Below are positions 36,059-46,047 of a stretch of 64,000 bases of DNA, one piece after another. How positions within the stretch are numbered: position 1 is the stretch's first letter; each line of letters opens with the position of its first letter. Made by a program: the position numbers and the translations under genes. The notes below the pieces were generated by a model that was not told the origin of the DNA, made no database searches, and was given only the letters and a program-made list of their open reading frames with translations. The DNA is taken from the NCBI GenBank assembly GCA_963804385.1, contig CAWDQD010000013.1, forward strand, positions 43,735 through 107,734, written 5' to 3'. The stretch comes from an uncultured Candidatus Micrarchaeota archaeon (GTDB taxonomy: Archaea; Micrarchaeota; Micrarchaeia; Anstonellales; Bilamarchaeaceae).

Positions 36059-37951
36059 ATGGGAAAAATCATAGGAGTGGATCTGGGTACATCTAACAGC
36101 GCAGCGGCGTTCCTTGAGGGAGGGCGACCGAAGATAGTCCCGAGCACTGAAGGGATAACGCAATACGGGAAGGCGTTCCCGAGCTACGTCGCGCTCACAA
36201 GGGACGGGCAGAGGATAATAGGCGAGCCGGCAAGGCGCCAGGCTGTCGCGAATCCGGAAGGCACGGTCACCGCGTTCAAGCGCAAGATGGGGACGGACTA
36301 CAAATACAAGATATTCGGCAAGGAGTACCGGCCGCAGGAGCTCTCCGCTTTCCTTCTCCAGAAGATAAAGAAGGACTCCGAGGAATTCCTGGGCGAGACT
36401 GTCGACAAGGCGGTCATCACCGTGCCCGCTTATTTCAACGACAACCAGAGGCAGGCGACCAAGGACGCGGGAGAGATCGCGGGCTTGGAAGTGGTTAGGC
36501 TCGTCAACGAGCCGACCGCCGCATGCCTTGCTTATGGACTAGATAAGGCCGGAAAGGACATGAAGATCCTGGTCTTCGATCTCGGCGGAGGAACGCTAGA
36601 TGTCACGATAATGGATTTCGGGGGCGGAGTCTTCGAAGTGAAATCCACCAACGGAGACACGCAGCTCGGCGGGACGGACATGGATAGGATAATCTCCGAG
36701 TACCTGGCCGACCAGTTCCGCAAGGAGAGCGGCGTGGATGTCAACAAGGACAAGCAAGCGCAGCAGAGGATACTCGAAGCGGCTGAGAAGGCCAAGATCG
36801 AGCTTTCAACCACTATAGAGAGCGAAGTGAATCTTCCTTTCCTAGCTTCCGTCGACAACCAGCCCAAGCATTTCGTGCACAAATTGACCCGCGCGAAGCT
36901 CGAGGACCTGGTACGCCCGATAATCGAGAAATGCCGCGCACCGGTCGAGAACGCGCTGCGCGATGCCAAGCTCTCTCCGGCCCAGATAGACAGGATAATC
37001 ATGGTCGGCGGGCCCACGCGCATGCCGATAGTGCAGAAATTCGTCGAGGATACATTGGGCAAGAAGGTGGAGAGAGGCATAGACCCCATGGAATGCGTCG
37101 CGATGGGCGCCGCGGTGCAGGCTGGAGTACTTTCCGGCGAAGTGAAGGACATCCTGCTGCTCGATGTCACGCCCCTATCGCTCGGTCTCGAGACCATGGG
37201 CGGAGTGATGACGAAATTGATCGACAGGAACACCACCATCCCGACCAAAAAATCGCAGATATTCTCGACCGCATCGGACATGCAGACCGCGGTGGACATA
37301 AACATACTGCAAGGCGAGCGTCCGATGGCCAGGGACAATGTCGCATTGGGGAAGTTCACCCTCACAGGGATACCGCCCGCGCCGCGCGGAGTCCCGCAGG
37401 TGGAAGTCACTTTCGACATAGACGCGAACGGCATACTCCATGTCGGGGCGAAAGACAAGGCAACGAACAAGGAGCAGAGCATGAGGGTTACCGCGCCGCT
37501 GAAGATGAAGGACGACGAGATAAAGGCGAAGATGGCGGATGCCGAACGCTATTCCGCGCAGGACAAGGAGGCCCTCGAGCTCGCGAACGCGAAGAACGAG
37601 GCCGAGTCCATGATCTACTTGACCAAGAAGACGGTGGACGATTTCAAGGACAAGCTCTCGAAGGAGCAGTTCGACAAGGTGAGCGCGGCTCAGAAGAAAC
37701 TCGAGGACGTGATGAGCTCGAACGACGCCGGGAAGATACGGGCCGAGTCCGATTCCCTGAAGAAAGTGATAGAGGAGATCGGCGGCTCGATGTACCAGCA
37801 GCCAGGACCTAATATGGGCGGCGGACCGGGAGATACCGGAGAACAAAACCAGAGTGGCGAGGATTCAGGACACGGTTCCGAGCATCCGAAGAAAAAGAAG
37901 AAGAAAGACGATAATGTCGTCGAAGGCGACTACGAGAAGGTTGACAAGTGA
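36059..37951 (+). CDS. dnaK: Hsp70 chaperone DnaK
   Basis: [18 protein letters not shown] and the full-length Hsp70 sequence. A GAGGTG Shine-Dalgarno-like element lies 5-6 nt upstream. Confidence 0.95.
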   Translation: MGKIIGVDLGTSNSAAAFLEGGRPKIVPSTEGITQYGKAFPSYVALTRDGQRIIGEPARRQAVANPEGTVTAFKRKMGTDYKYKIFGKEYRPQELSAFLLQKIKKDSEEFLGETVDKAVITVPAYFNDNQRQATKDAGEIAGLEVVRLVNEPTAACLAYGLDKAGKDMKILVFDLGGGTLDVTIMDFGGGVFEVKSTNGDTQLGGTDMDRIISEYLADQFRKESGVDVNKDKQAQQRILEAAEKAKIELSTTIESEVNLPFLASVDNQPKHFVHKLTRAKLEDLVRPIIEKCRAPVENALRDAKLSPAQIDRIIMVGGPTRMPIVQKFVEDTLGKKVERGIDPMECVAMGAAVQAGVLSGEVKDILLLDVTPLSLGLETMGGVMTKLIDRNTTIPTKKSQIFSTASDMQTAVDINILQGERPMARDNVALGKFTLTGIPPAPRGVPQVEVTFDIDANGILHVGAKDKATNKEQSMRVTAPLKMKDDEIKAKMADAERYSAQDKEALELANAKNEAESMIYLTKKTVDDFKDKLSKEQFDKVSAAQKKLEDVMSSNDAGKIRAESDSLKKVIEEIGGSMYQQPGPNMGGGPGDTGEQNQSGEDSGHGSEHPKKKKKKDDNVVEGDYEKVDK

Positions 37952-38250
37952 AAAACTACAGGAAGGTGCTCGGAGTCTCCCAAGACGCGGGGGAAGCGGA
38001 GATAAAGCGGGCCTATCGCAGGCTCGCCCTCCAGTTCCACCCGGACCGGAACAAGGACCCGGGAGCCGAAGCGAGGTTCAAGGAGATAAACGAGGCCTAC
38101 GCCATCCTTAGCGGGAAGCAGAGCGAGCCGATCGTCGTTTCCGCGCCTAGAGCGAGGCGTACCGGAAGGGAGATGACCGACTGGGCGAGCGAAGTGATGG
38201 GCATCTGGGAGGACATTAAAGAAGAAAAGCACAATAATATGTATCGCTAG
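37948..38250 (+). CDS. J-domain-only protein (100 aa)
   Basis: GTG start overlapping the dnaK stop. [52 protein letters not shown] has an intact HPD. There is no G/F or zinc-finger region. Confidence 0.7.
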   Translation: MKNYRKVLGVSQDAGEAEIKRAYRRLALQFHPDRNKDPGAEARFKEINEAYAILSGKQSEPIVVSAPRARRTGREMTDWASEVMGIWEDIKEEKHNNMYR

Positions 38251-38256
38251 CAAGTG

Positions 38257-38691
38257 ATGAACATGTATCAAAAAGAAGGCGCGCAGAACGAGCTCAGCGA
38301 CTGGTTCTATGACCTGGGCGTGGGGATAATCGCCGCGATCATGATGGTCTACGTGAACCAGACCAACGCCATAGATGTCCTGTGGGCCATGGTTTTCGGA
38401 GGCGCGCTTTTCATTCTGGGAGTGATCTTGGAGGAGCAGACCGAACTGATCGGCATGCAGATGAAAAAACGGTTTCCGGACTCGCTGCGGCATCTCGGCC
38501 TGCTCCATGAATTCGACAGGTACATGATAGATCTGGGGAGCGGCATACTCATATCCGGAAGCGTGCTCTATCTCCAGAAAGATAACGCATTCACGATACT
38601 GTTCGGGATCGCTGCGGTGGTTTCGCTGGGGATCGCCTGGTTCCTGGATAAGCCGATAGAGAGGGGAAAGGCGCATAAGACGTACAAATAA
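38257..38691 (+). CDS. Membrane protein (about 4 TM) located between the J-only gene and dnaJ
   Basis: ORF with several hydrophobic segments ([55 protein letters not shown]). Confidence 0.5.
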   Translation: MNMYQKEGAQNELSDWFYDLGVGIIAAIMMVYVNQTNAIDVLWAMVFGGALFILGVILEEQTELIGMQMKKRFPDSLRHLGLLHEFDRYMIDLGSGILISGSVLYLQKDNAFTILFGIAAVVSLGIAWFLDKPIERGKAHKTYK

Positions 38692-38699
38692 GGGATTGC

Positions 38700-39806
38700 A
38701 TGGCGAAACGGGATTATTACGAAGTGCTAGGGGTGGACAAGAGCGCCACGGCAGACCAGATCAAGCAGGCGTACCGGAAGCTCGCGCTGCAATACCACCC
38801 GGACCGGAACAAGGATCCATCGGCCACTGAGAAATTCAAGGAGATAAGCGAGGCTTACGCTGTCCTCAGCGACGAGAAGAAGAAGGCGCAGTACGACCAG
38901 TACGGCCATGCCGGATTCGACCAGATGTATTCCCGCGACGACATATTCCGCTCCGCTGACTTCAGCGATTTCCAGGACATGTTCGAGGGCTTCGGGAGCG
39001 ACCCTTTCAATATCTTCGGAGGACGGTCGCCGTTCGGAGGCAGGGGGAGCGGCAGGCGGCAGGACTACGGAGCGGACCTCGCGACGAGAACGGATATCAC
39101 GCTGGAAGAGGCTGCCAAAGGAACGAAGAAAGAGCTCGGTTATCATCACAGCAAGGGATGCCCCAAATGCGACGGGACCGGAAGCGAGCCCGGGAGCCAG
39201 AGGAAGACGTGCCCGGCATGCGGAGGCCGCGGACAGGTGCAGACCGCGCGACGCATGGGGCCCATGCAGTTCTATACCGTGAACACCTGCGCGAAATGCC
39301 GTGGGGAGGGAAACACGATGGAGAAGCCGTGCAAGTCATGCGGAGGCTCGGGCCGCGTGAGCGAATACGAGCACATCAACGTGAACGTCCCGGCAGGCAT
39401 CCAGAGCGGCATGCAGCTGCGGCTGGACGGCCTTGGAGAGTACGGGAGGGACGGGCCCGGCGATCTGTTCGTCACGGTTTACATAATGAAGCACGACCGC
39501 TTCGAGCGCCAGGGGGACGACCTCTGGACCGAAGTCCCGGTCAGTTTCACCAAAGCGGCCTTGGGCGGAGACATAACGGTGAAGACGCTTTTTGACGAGG
39601 ATAAGCTCCACATACCTGCTGGTACCCCATCGCACACGGTCTTCAGATTACGGGGGGAAGGCATGCCCAGGATAGGAAGAGGCGGCAAAGGGGATTTGAT
39701 GGTGCGCGCTATAATAGACGTACCAAAAAAACTGAGCGGGAAGCAGAAGGAATTATTGCACGAATTCGAGAAGGAAGGCGAGAAGAAAGTTTTCGGGGTA
39801 TTCTGA
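38700..39806 (+). CDS. dnaJ: Type I Hsp40 co-chaperone DnaJ
   Basis: J domain with HPD, a G/F region, four CxxCxGxG zinc-finger repeats ([32 protein letters not shown]) and C-terminal domains. Confidence 0.92.
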   Translation: MAKRDYYEVLGVDKSATADQIKQAYRKLALQYHPDRNKDPSATEKFKEISEAYAVLSDEKKKAQYDQYGHAGFDQMYSRDDIFRSADFSDFQDMFEGFGSDPFNIFGGRSPFGGRGSGRRQDYGADLATRTDITLEEAAKGTKKELGYHHSKGCPKCDGTGSEPGSQRKTCPACGGRGQVQTARRMGPMQFYTVNTCAKCRGEGNTMEKPCKSCGGSGRVSEYEHINVNVPAGIQSGMQLRLDGLGEYGRDGPGDLFVTVYIMKHDRFERQGDDLWTEVPVSFTKAALGGDITVKTLFDEDKLHIPAGTPSHTVFRLRGEGMPRIGRGGKGDLMVRAIIDVPKKLSGKQKELLHEFEKEGEKKVFGVF

Positions 39807-39845
39807 AAGTTGTCGGCTTGGATAAAACCAAATAAATGAAAAAAT

Positions 39846-40829
39846 TTATCTCCTGATCGCTTTCGAGACCAGTTCTTCCAGGGTGCGCGTGGCGTTCAGG
39901 ACGTCCGCTCCTCCTGCTTCTACGAGCGCCGCGATCTCTTCCCTGACCTTCGCGAGCAGGCCGTCCAATCCGTCCGCTGCGACCGGAAGCTCGAGAGTAG
40001 TCTTCGGGGTAGAAACCGGGGTGCGTTGCGCCATCACGGTATTATCATTAGCCAATGAGGGAGCGCTGAGGAGTTCCCGGATCCTGGGGGTGTCCGCTCC
40101 GGGCACTTCCACAACTACCCCGAGCCTTTCTGATGGCCATGCATAAGCTCCGATGCTGCGCCCTCCGCTGCGTATCATGAGGCCCACATAAGAGTTCTGG
40201 GTCAGCCTGTTGAACTTCCTGGCCCCGGGTGCGTTGCTCACTACCGGCCCCTGCGGGACAGTGGTGTCATGCGGTATGTACCACCCGTCTTTCTCCGGGA
40301 AATCCGGGACGATTATCAGCCTATCGTCAGGGATGCGCAGCTCTATCTCTTTTATCGCTCTGAAATCCGCGCTCAGCAGGGGTTCGATGCCGTGTTTTGT
40401 TATTATCTCCCGCAGCGTCCGGGTTTTATTGTCGAACGTGTACGCGATGTCCGCGGAAGTCAGGCCAACGGCCACGAGCGCGACGTCCTTTTCGCCTTTG
40501 GCGCTGCCGGTATCGAGGACGACTTTCGGCGCGCCTTCGACCGAGAATACGATGTGCTTGCCCAATTTGGTTCCGGGCGCTTCGTACGCTATGGAGGCGT
40601 CGACCGCGAAGGAGGGAAGCTCCAACCGGCCCGGGCCCGGCGCGAGTGCGGCGTCGGCGACCTTGGGGGAGAGCAACTTGAGATTGGTCCCGTACTTGGT
40701 ATTGAATGATTCCACGAACGGATGCGCGTGGAAAAGCGCTATGGTATGGTTCGCCCTCAAAACCACGAGGTTCCTTATCCTGCCCTCGGCACGCACGCTC
40801 AGAATCTTGTTTCCATGAATAGCATCCAT
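39846..40829 (-). CDS. Hypothetical protein, DGWY-motif family (member 3)
   Basis: MDAIHGNKILSVRAEGRIRNLVVLRANHTIALFHAHPFVESFNT is colinear with member 4. The core is DFPEKDGWYIPHDTTVPQGP...GAYAWPSERLGVVVEVP. Confidence 0.6.
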   Translation of the reverse strand: MDAIHGNKILSVRAEGRIRNLVVLRANHTIALFHAHPFVESFNTKYGTNLKLLSPKVADAALAPGPGRLELPSFAVDASIAYEAPGTKLGKHIVFSVEGAPKVVLDTGSAKGEKDVALVAVGLTSADIAYTFDNKTRTLREIITKHGIEPLLSADFRAIKEIELRIPDDRLIIVPDFPEKDGWYIPHDTTVPQGPVVSNAPGARKFNRLTQNSYVGLMIRSGGRSIGAYAWPSERLGVVVEVPGADTPRIRELLSAPSLANDNTVMAQRTPVSTPKTTLELPVAADGLDGLLAKVREEIAALVEAGGADVLNATRTLEELVSKAIRR

Positions 40830-40916
40830 AATCACACCTGATTACTTTTCATGACAAACCCTTTTTAAATACACGTTTTTGTCCATTTATAGCGACTAAT
40901 AAAAGGACCGACGGGA

Positions 40917-41798
40917 TCAGCCTCTTCCGGTCGGCGGGTAACCGAGGCTTCCGACTTCCTGGTTGAACAGGCTCAGCACCTTGCTGATCTCCGCGGAGGC
41001 CATGCGGACTCGCGAAGCTCCGAAAAGAGATTCTATCTTCTCCACGTCCTTGTCTGGCACCTCGGCCACCACTGCGAAGAGCGTGGAGGCAGGAAATACC
41101 CCGATCAAAGAGTCCTGGTTCTTCTGGGTGCCGTAGCGGACTATCGGACCGACATAAGAGGTGAGGTTCGTCCTGTAGATGAATCTGGCTTCCGGGCACT
41201 TTATCACATCTGCGCCGGAGGTGACGCCGGTCCCGGCATGGATCATGTGGTAACCGTTCTTGGCCGGGAATCTCTCCACCAGCGTCAACCGGTCATGCGG
41301 GATCAGCAGCTGTATCTCGGTGACCGCTTTGAAATCCGCGCTGAGCATGGAATCGATGCCTTTGGCGTCCAGGAGCTCCTGCAGCGACCTCGCCCTGCCG
41401 TCTACGGTATACGCGATATCGGATGCGGCCAGGTTCGTGGCCACGAGCGCGGCGTTCTCCGCTCCTTCATATTTCCCGGTGGCCATGACCACTGTAGGGG
41501 CGGTGAGATCTGAGAAGACGACATGCTTCCCGAGCTTGGTTCCGGGCTTCTCATAAGCGATGGCTCCGTTGACCGGGAACGCGAACGACCCGATATTCTC
41601 GGTGACGAGCGCGACGTCGGCCACGAGGTTGGATATGACTGCGAGGCTCGTCCGGTTGTCGGTGTTCAGCGATTCCAGCAGCGGATAGGCCTCGAAAGGC
41701 CTCACCGAGCGGTTTCCTTTCACTATGAGGAGGTTCTTCGTCTCGCCTCCGACCTGCAGTTTCAGCAGCTTGTTTTCATAAGGTTGAGCGACAGCCAT
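40917..41798 (-). CDS. Hypothetical protein, DGWY-motif family (member 4)
   Basis: Trimmed to MAVAQPYENKLLKLQVGGETKNLLIVKGNRSVRPFEAYPLLESLNT. The core is RFPAKNGYHMIHAGTGV...FPASTLFAVVAEVP. Confidence 0.6.
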   Translation of the reverse strand: MAVAQPYENKLLKLQVGGETKNLLIVKGNRSVRPFEAYPLLESLNTDNRTSLAVISNLVADVALVTENIGSFAFPVNGAIAYEKPGTKLGKHVVFSDLTAPTVVMATGKYEGAENAALVATNLAASDIAYTVDGRARSLQELLDAKGIDSMLSADFKAVTEIQLLIPHDRLTLVERFPAKNGYHMIHAGTGVTSGADVIKCPEARFIYRTNLTSYVGPIVRYGTQKNQDSLIGVFPASTLFAVVAEVPDKDVEKIESLFGASRVRMASAEISKVLSLFNQEVGSLGYPPTGRG

Positions 41799-41949
41799 GT
41801 TTGCACCTAGATCATACGTGCGCAGTACTATTTTTAAATTTACTTTTTTATACATTTATAGCAACTTTATGGTTACATTCGGAGACGGACAGAAATCATA
41901 TGCAATGGAAAATCCGGAACCGGATTTTGAGAAGATTTTTTAACAAAGC

Positions 41950-42456
41950 ATGAGAGAGGATATTGAGGTTGAAAACATGGTTGAAGGAGCTGATATAGCT
42001 AAGTTCGTGAGCGGCGTCAAGACAGAAGGGCTCAGCGTATTCGATCCGCGCTCCCCTAAGATCATCGTACTCCATCAGGATAGCCTGACGCAGGAGACGC
42101 CATACGAAACGGTGTTCAAGCTCAATGACGCGAACGACTGCAGGAAATTCCTGGACGCGTTCCTGAAGAACAGGGACATCATGATAGAGCTGAGCGGAAA
42201 GGAGAGCGCGATCGGCAAGGCTATTGACACCATATCCAAAGCCCCGAACCTCTCCAAGGGCGACATAGATGCCATAAAGAAGGTTGTCGATACGGGAAGC
42301 ACGCCATATTCATCCAACAAGGATATATCCAACGCGCTGGCGAAGATGAATCAAAACGCGGCCGACAAGGGCCTGGGTAAAGCGATTGCGGATAATACGA
42401 TGGGAGCGCTCGCCCAGAGAGGGAAGAGGCTGAAGGAAGCGGAAGAGATGCGCTAG
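41950..42456 (+). CDS. Hypothetical protein (168 aa)
   Basis: ORF only. The start is uncertain; an internal ATG at 41977 is possible. Confidence 0.4.
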   Translation: MREDIEVENMVEGADIAKFVSGVKTEGLSVFDPRSPKIIVLHQDSLTQETPYETVFKLNDANDCRKFLDAFLKNRDIMIELSGKESAIGKAIDTISKAPNLSKGDIDAIKKVVDTGSTPYSSNKDISNALAKMNQNAADKGLGKAIADNTMGALAQRGKRLKEAEEMR

Positions 42457-42878
42457 CGGGACGCGCACTCTGGTATCTTTTTCTTGTCGTGCAGGCTGTC
42501 CTTCACTGCATTCTCGAATGCGGTCAGCTTCATCAGCCTCATGTCGATCTCGTAGGAGTCGTCCGTCGACTTCAATCCGGATTCCATCAGGCGCGTCTTC
42601 TCAGCGTCTATCTCTGAAAGCACCTTGGAATGGTTCTCGCCGCACAATCCTGAGCGGAGCTCGGACTTCCAGCCCTCGATCCTGTCGGCTATCGAAGGCG
42701 GCTCGACCACCTCGATGGATTCGGCTGCCGGCACTGTCTCCCGATCCACCTTCGGCATGAACATCATCGCCCCGGTGATCGCCAGGAGCGCCGCCGCATT
42801 AACCAGGATATTGCGCTTAGGCCTGGCCGGATCCCTGGCTTCGGGAATGCCCACATCGCGCCTCTTCAATGAATGCAA
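42453..42878 (-). CDS. Hypothetical N-terminally membrane-anchored protein
   Basis: ORF with a single hydrophobic segment LVNAAALLAITGAMMFM near the N-terminus. Confidence 0.4.
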   Translation of the reverse strand: MHSLKRRDVGIPEARDPARPKRNILVNAAALLAITGAMMFMPKVDRETVPAAESIEVVEPPSIADRIEGWKSELRSGLCGENHSKVLSEIDAEKTRLMESGLKSTDDSYEIDMRLMKLTAFENAVKDSLHDKKKIPECASR

Positions 42879-42939
42879 ATGATCGCCTTGTCTTTTCTGT
42901 TAGGTTAGATGTTATGTTGTGTACTTATTAAAAAGGTTG

Positions 42940-43725
42940 TCATTTGCTCAGGAAATCTATCAGCAGGCCGCTCAGCGTGAGGTTCAGCCCCCGCGTGCCG
43001 TCGAAAAGCGCGGTCCCGTGAAAAGAGCCGGGGTATATCGCCATCGACGCCTGCGGTTTCATGGAGCTTATCTCGTAGGCGCTGTTCAACGAGTAGGCGT
43101 CGCCTTCGGATGCGACCACGAGGAGCGGCTGCGAATAGTTGGCCACGCTCCCGGTGATGTCCACGTTGTTGAATCCGATGCCGGGCGAGACCATCGCGAC
43201 TTTCGTTATATGATCATCCTGCCCTGCGGCGAGGATCGCGGACGTGGAGCCCATGCTCGCGCCGACCACGTACGTCTCGTTCACCGAAGGGAATTTGGAG
43301 AACGCGTAGGATTGCCCGTCGATGACATCGTCATGCAGGTCCACGAATTGCGGGTAGGTGAAATCCTGCCAGGTCCCCAGGTTCGTGCTCTTCCCGTGGC
43401 CCTTGGGGTCTATGGCGAGTATGAGCGCGTCCGGCACGGCGTCATGTAGGCCGAGTATGAAATCCTGGGGGTATTGCGTCCTCGGGGTCCCGAGGCCCGG
43501 GATCAGGATTATCAGTCTGGTCGGCGTATCGATGCTCGGATACAGGCTGCCGTAGACGGTCCAGCCGTCGGAATCATAAGATATCTCGTAAGAAGGAGGC
43601 GTGGTGTTCTGGTAGGATTGCTGCGGCTGGGTCACGTTCTGGGTGATATTCTGGGTCGCGCCGCTATTCGAAACGCAGCCGAATAGCAGCGCCAGACCAA
43701 AAACGAGTAAAAAAAACCGCATCAT
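42940..43725 (-). CDS. Secreted or lipid-anchored alpha/beta hydrolase
   Basis: Trimmed to MMRFFLLVFGLALLFGCVSN (signal/lipobox-like). The nucleophile elbow is VVGASMGST (GxSxG). Confidence 0.7.
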   Translation of the reverse strand: MMRFFLLVFGLALLFGCVSNSGATQNITQNVTQPQQSYQNTTPPSYEISYDSDGWTVYGSLYPSIDTPTRLIILIPGLGTPRTQYPQDFILGLHDAVPDALILAIDPKGHGKSTNLGTWQDFTYPQFVDLHDDVIDGQSYAFSKFPSVNETYVVGASMGSTSAILAAGQDDHITKVAMVSPGIGFNNVDITGSVANYSQPLLVVASEGDAYSLNSAYEISSMKPQASMAIYPGSFHGTALFDGTRGLNLTLSGLLIDFLSK

Positions 43726-44006
43726 TTCCTTCTCTTCTTCTTCGCGGCTTTCTTGGCCTTCTTCTTGGGAGCCGCTTTCTTCGCCTGAGGCTTGCAGCAG
43801 CTGCAGTCGCATTCATCGGACGTGGATAGTTCCTCGACGCTGATCTCTATGCCTTCGATGTTATCTGCCAATGCGTCGAGAGCGATGATCATCCTGTCTA
43901 TATAGCTCGCAAGGATCCGAAGGTCCATGGTCTCCGCGCCCGCATAGAGCTCGTCCCGGATCTGCTTCAGCTCTTCCCTGAAATCCTCTGTGCTTTTTGC
44001 CATCAT
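43722..44006 (-). CDS. Small coiled-coil protein with a CDCSCC motif and a Lys-rich tail
   Basis: ORF overlapping the hydrolase start (ATGA type). The C-terminus is SDECDCSCCKPQAKKAAPKKKAKKAAKKKRRK. Confidence 0.45.
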   Translation of the reverse strand: MMAKSTEDFREELKQIRDELYAGAETMDLRILASYIDRMIIALDALADNIEGIEISVEELSTSDECDCSCCKPQAKKAAPKKKAKKAAKKKRRK

Positions 44007-44029
44007 TACCACCGGCTATACCTATCCGC

Positions 44030-44770
44030 CTAGCTTTTAAAAGTTTTCAGGAGCCGCGCTATCTCCAGGCACTCGTCTTTGGTCAATGTCCTGACCCGGC
44101 GTTCCCTGAAGGCCCCGAGCTGCTCCAATTCCTCGGGCTTGAATTTGGAATCTATGAGAGCGCCGCGAACCAGCTTGTTCCTGTGCGAGAAAAGAGATCG
44201 TATGACATCCTCCTGGAACTTATCCAGGCGGATGCCTGTAGGCGTCAGGATTATTATCGCGGAATCCACTTTGGGGACCGGGCGGAAAAGGTGGCGGGGC
44301 ACTATCCGCTCGAGCTTCACCTCGAACGCGAGCTGAGCCGTCACGCTCAGGCGGCCGTAATTCTTCTCCCCGGCTTTCGCTACCATCTTCTGCGCGAACT
44401 CCTTCTGCACCATCAGCACCGCGCGCTCGAACTTCAATGGGGCGATAGTGAAGACGATATCGGATGATATATAGTATGGGATGTTGCCGATGACGATGTC
44501 GCACGCGGGCGGCTCCGCTTTCAAAAAATCCCCTTCGACTATCTCGGCCCTCCCTGCGAATTTTTCCTTCAATAGGGAAGCGAACCTGGAATCCTTCTCC
44601 ACGGCGATCATTCTTCTGGGTTTCAGGGCGAGCACGGCCTCTGTCAGCCTGCCATCACCGGGGCCGATCTCTAGGACTGTCTTCCCTTGCGGCTCCGCGA
44701 GCTTCGCCTCCAGCGCGAGGATGTTTTTATCTTCTAAGAAGCATTGGCCGAGGGATTTCTTGCGCTCCAT
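44030..44770 (-). CDS. rsmA: 16S/18S rRNA (adenine-N6,N6)-dimethyltransferase (KsgA/Dim1)
   Basis: LGQCFLEDKNIL, VLEIGPGDGRLT (SAM motif I) and VIGNIPYYISS. Confidence 0.88.
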   Translation of the reverse strand: MERKKSLGQCFLEDKNILALEAKLAEPQGKTVLEIGPGDGRLTEAVLALKPRRMIAVEKDSRFASLLKEKFAGRAEIVEGDFLKAEPPACDIVIGNIPYYISSDIVFTIAPLKFERAVLMVQKEFAQKMVAKAGEKNYGRLSVTAQLAFEVKLERIVPRHLFRPVPKVDSAIIILTPTGIRLDKFQEDVIRSLFSHRNKLVRGALIDSKFKPEELEQLGAFRERRVRTLTKDECLEIARLLKTFKS

Positions 44771-44827
44771 ATGAGAGAATAAATTGCCAGAGGTTCTTAA
44801 CGCATGCGCTTGCGGCGGGTTGGTTAA

Positions 44828-44875
44828 CTACTTTAGTCAACTTTTTATAACTTTCTAAACAATATGATATCCATG
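44828..44875 (+). promoter_or_regulatory. Conserved promoter module, copy 1 (CTACTTTAGTCAACTTTTTATAACTTT...ATG)
   Basis: A near-identical ~48-bp element also occurs at 46001, 47188 and 48357. The TATA box TTTTTATAA lies about 25 nt upstream of the ATG. Confidence 0.7.
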
Positions 44876-45997
44876 GGAAGGTCATTATTCTTATTGCCCG
44901 CAGCAGGCAACATTTCATTACGAGCCCAGATTCAGAGGCTGCGTGATGGATTCGGGCATGACAGCCTCAAGGTCGAGGGCCCGTTCGCGGACAAGGACGG
45001 CGCTGTCGCGGAACTCGTCGAGCATGTGCGGGCCAGGGCCAGGGGAGGCGGGATCTCCGAGAGCGACGCTCTCATGTGCACGCTCCTGCCGCAGGATATC
45101 CTGCCCGAGGGCTATCCGAAAGAAGAAGCCTCGATGCTCGAGGTCCCCTTCGTCCTGAAGCATCAACATATGGGCGCGAAGCGCGAATACCCGGAGAGCG
45201 CAGGGGAGATAGCCTCTGTCGACGCTCTCGCGTTCGGCCAAGACGCAGCGAGGCCGGTGACCCCGACGGGTCTGACAGTGCTCGGCGTGTCCGTCCTGAG
45301 GAGGCTCGGGGTGGAATGCTATTACTCGACATACACGTGCTACGTGGACGAAGAATCCTCCGGAAAGGTGGAGTTCGTGATGCCGATTATCGCCGCGCCT
45401 AAAGTCAATGGCTTGCGGATGATATCGATGTGCCCGATCCCGGCGAGCACGCTCTCTTCGAGCCCTCCGCACCTGGAGGTGCTGGATGATGACGCCCTGC
45501 TTTCGGCCATCAAGCTCGAGAACGCGTACCTGCATGCCAAGGCGCTCATGCTGGATATCGCTGGCGGCAGGCCCGGATCCGGCCTTGAGCGCGTTCTGCG
45601 GGCCATGCAGATAGGCCATACGCTACACGAGGGGAAAACGATCTGGGCTGTGCGGGATGCACAGGAGGATGTCGGGAGCGCCAAGGAGATCCTCGGGCCC
45701 GGCACGGATCTGGATAGCCTGAGGGTGAGATACGAGAAGGACGTCGTGCTGACCTTGACCGAACCCCCGCGCCATATCTTGAAAGCCGCTTCGGTGATGC
45801 TTCCGGAAGATATCGCGCAGGGTGTCGCTTCCTTCGTGGAGGCCGAAGACAAGATGGCCGGCCTCTTGGATTTCCTTGATACGGTCTCTTGGCACAACGC
45901 CATACCCGCGTTCAATAGTTATCTGAAATCTACCTCGACCATGAACGAGCATATGCACACCGGATCGGAATGCGAACGCATGGGGACGGGGAATTGA
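44873..45997 (+). CDS. Hypothetical protein, tandem paralog 1 of 4 (YPESAGE / IGHxxH / NEHxHxxxEC family)
   Basis: Start set to MGRSLF by analogy with the other three. Motifs: YPESAGEIAS, LGVSVLRRLGVECYY, MQIGHTLHEG, MNEHMHTGSEC. Confidence 0.7.
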   Translation: MGRSLFLLPAAGNISLRAQIQRLRDGFGHDSLKVEGPFADKDGAVAELVEHVRARARGGGISESDALMCTLLPQDILPEGYPKEEASMLEVPFVLKHQHMGAKREYPESAGEIASVDALAFGQDAARPVTPTGLTVLGVSVLRRLGVECYYSTYTCYVDEESSGKVEFVMPIIAAPKVNGLRMISMCPIPASTLSSSPPHLEVLDDDALLSAIKLENAYLHAKALMLDIAGGRPGSGLERVLRAMQIGHTLHEGKTIWAVRDAQEDVGSAKEILGPGTDLDSLRVRYEKDVVLTLTEPPRHILKAASVMLPEDIAQGVASFVEAEDKMAGLLDFLDTVSWHNAIPAFNSYLKSTSTMNEHMHTGSECERMGTGN

Positions 45998-46000
45998 AAG

Positions 46001-46047
46001 CTACTTTAGTCTACTTTTTATAACTTTCTAGACAATATGATATCATG
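46001..46047 (+). promoter_or_regulatory. Conserved promoter module, copy 2
   Basis: ctactttagtctactttttataactttctagacaatatgatatcATG. Confidence 0.7.

Noticed and set aside
36532-37846. 316-aa, 293-aa and 223-aa ORFs overlapping dnaK.
   Set aside because: These are off-frame or antisense shadows of a highly conserved Hsp70 gene.
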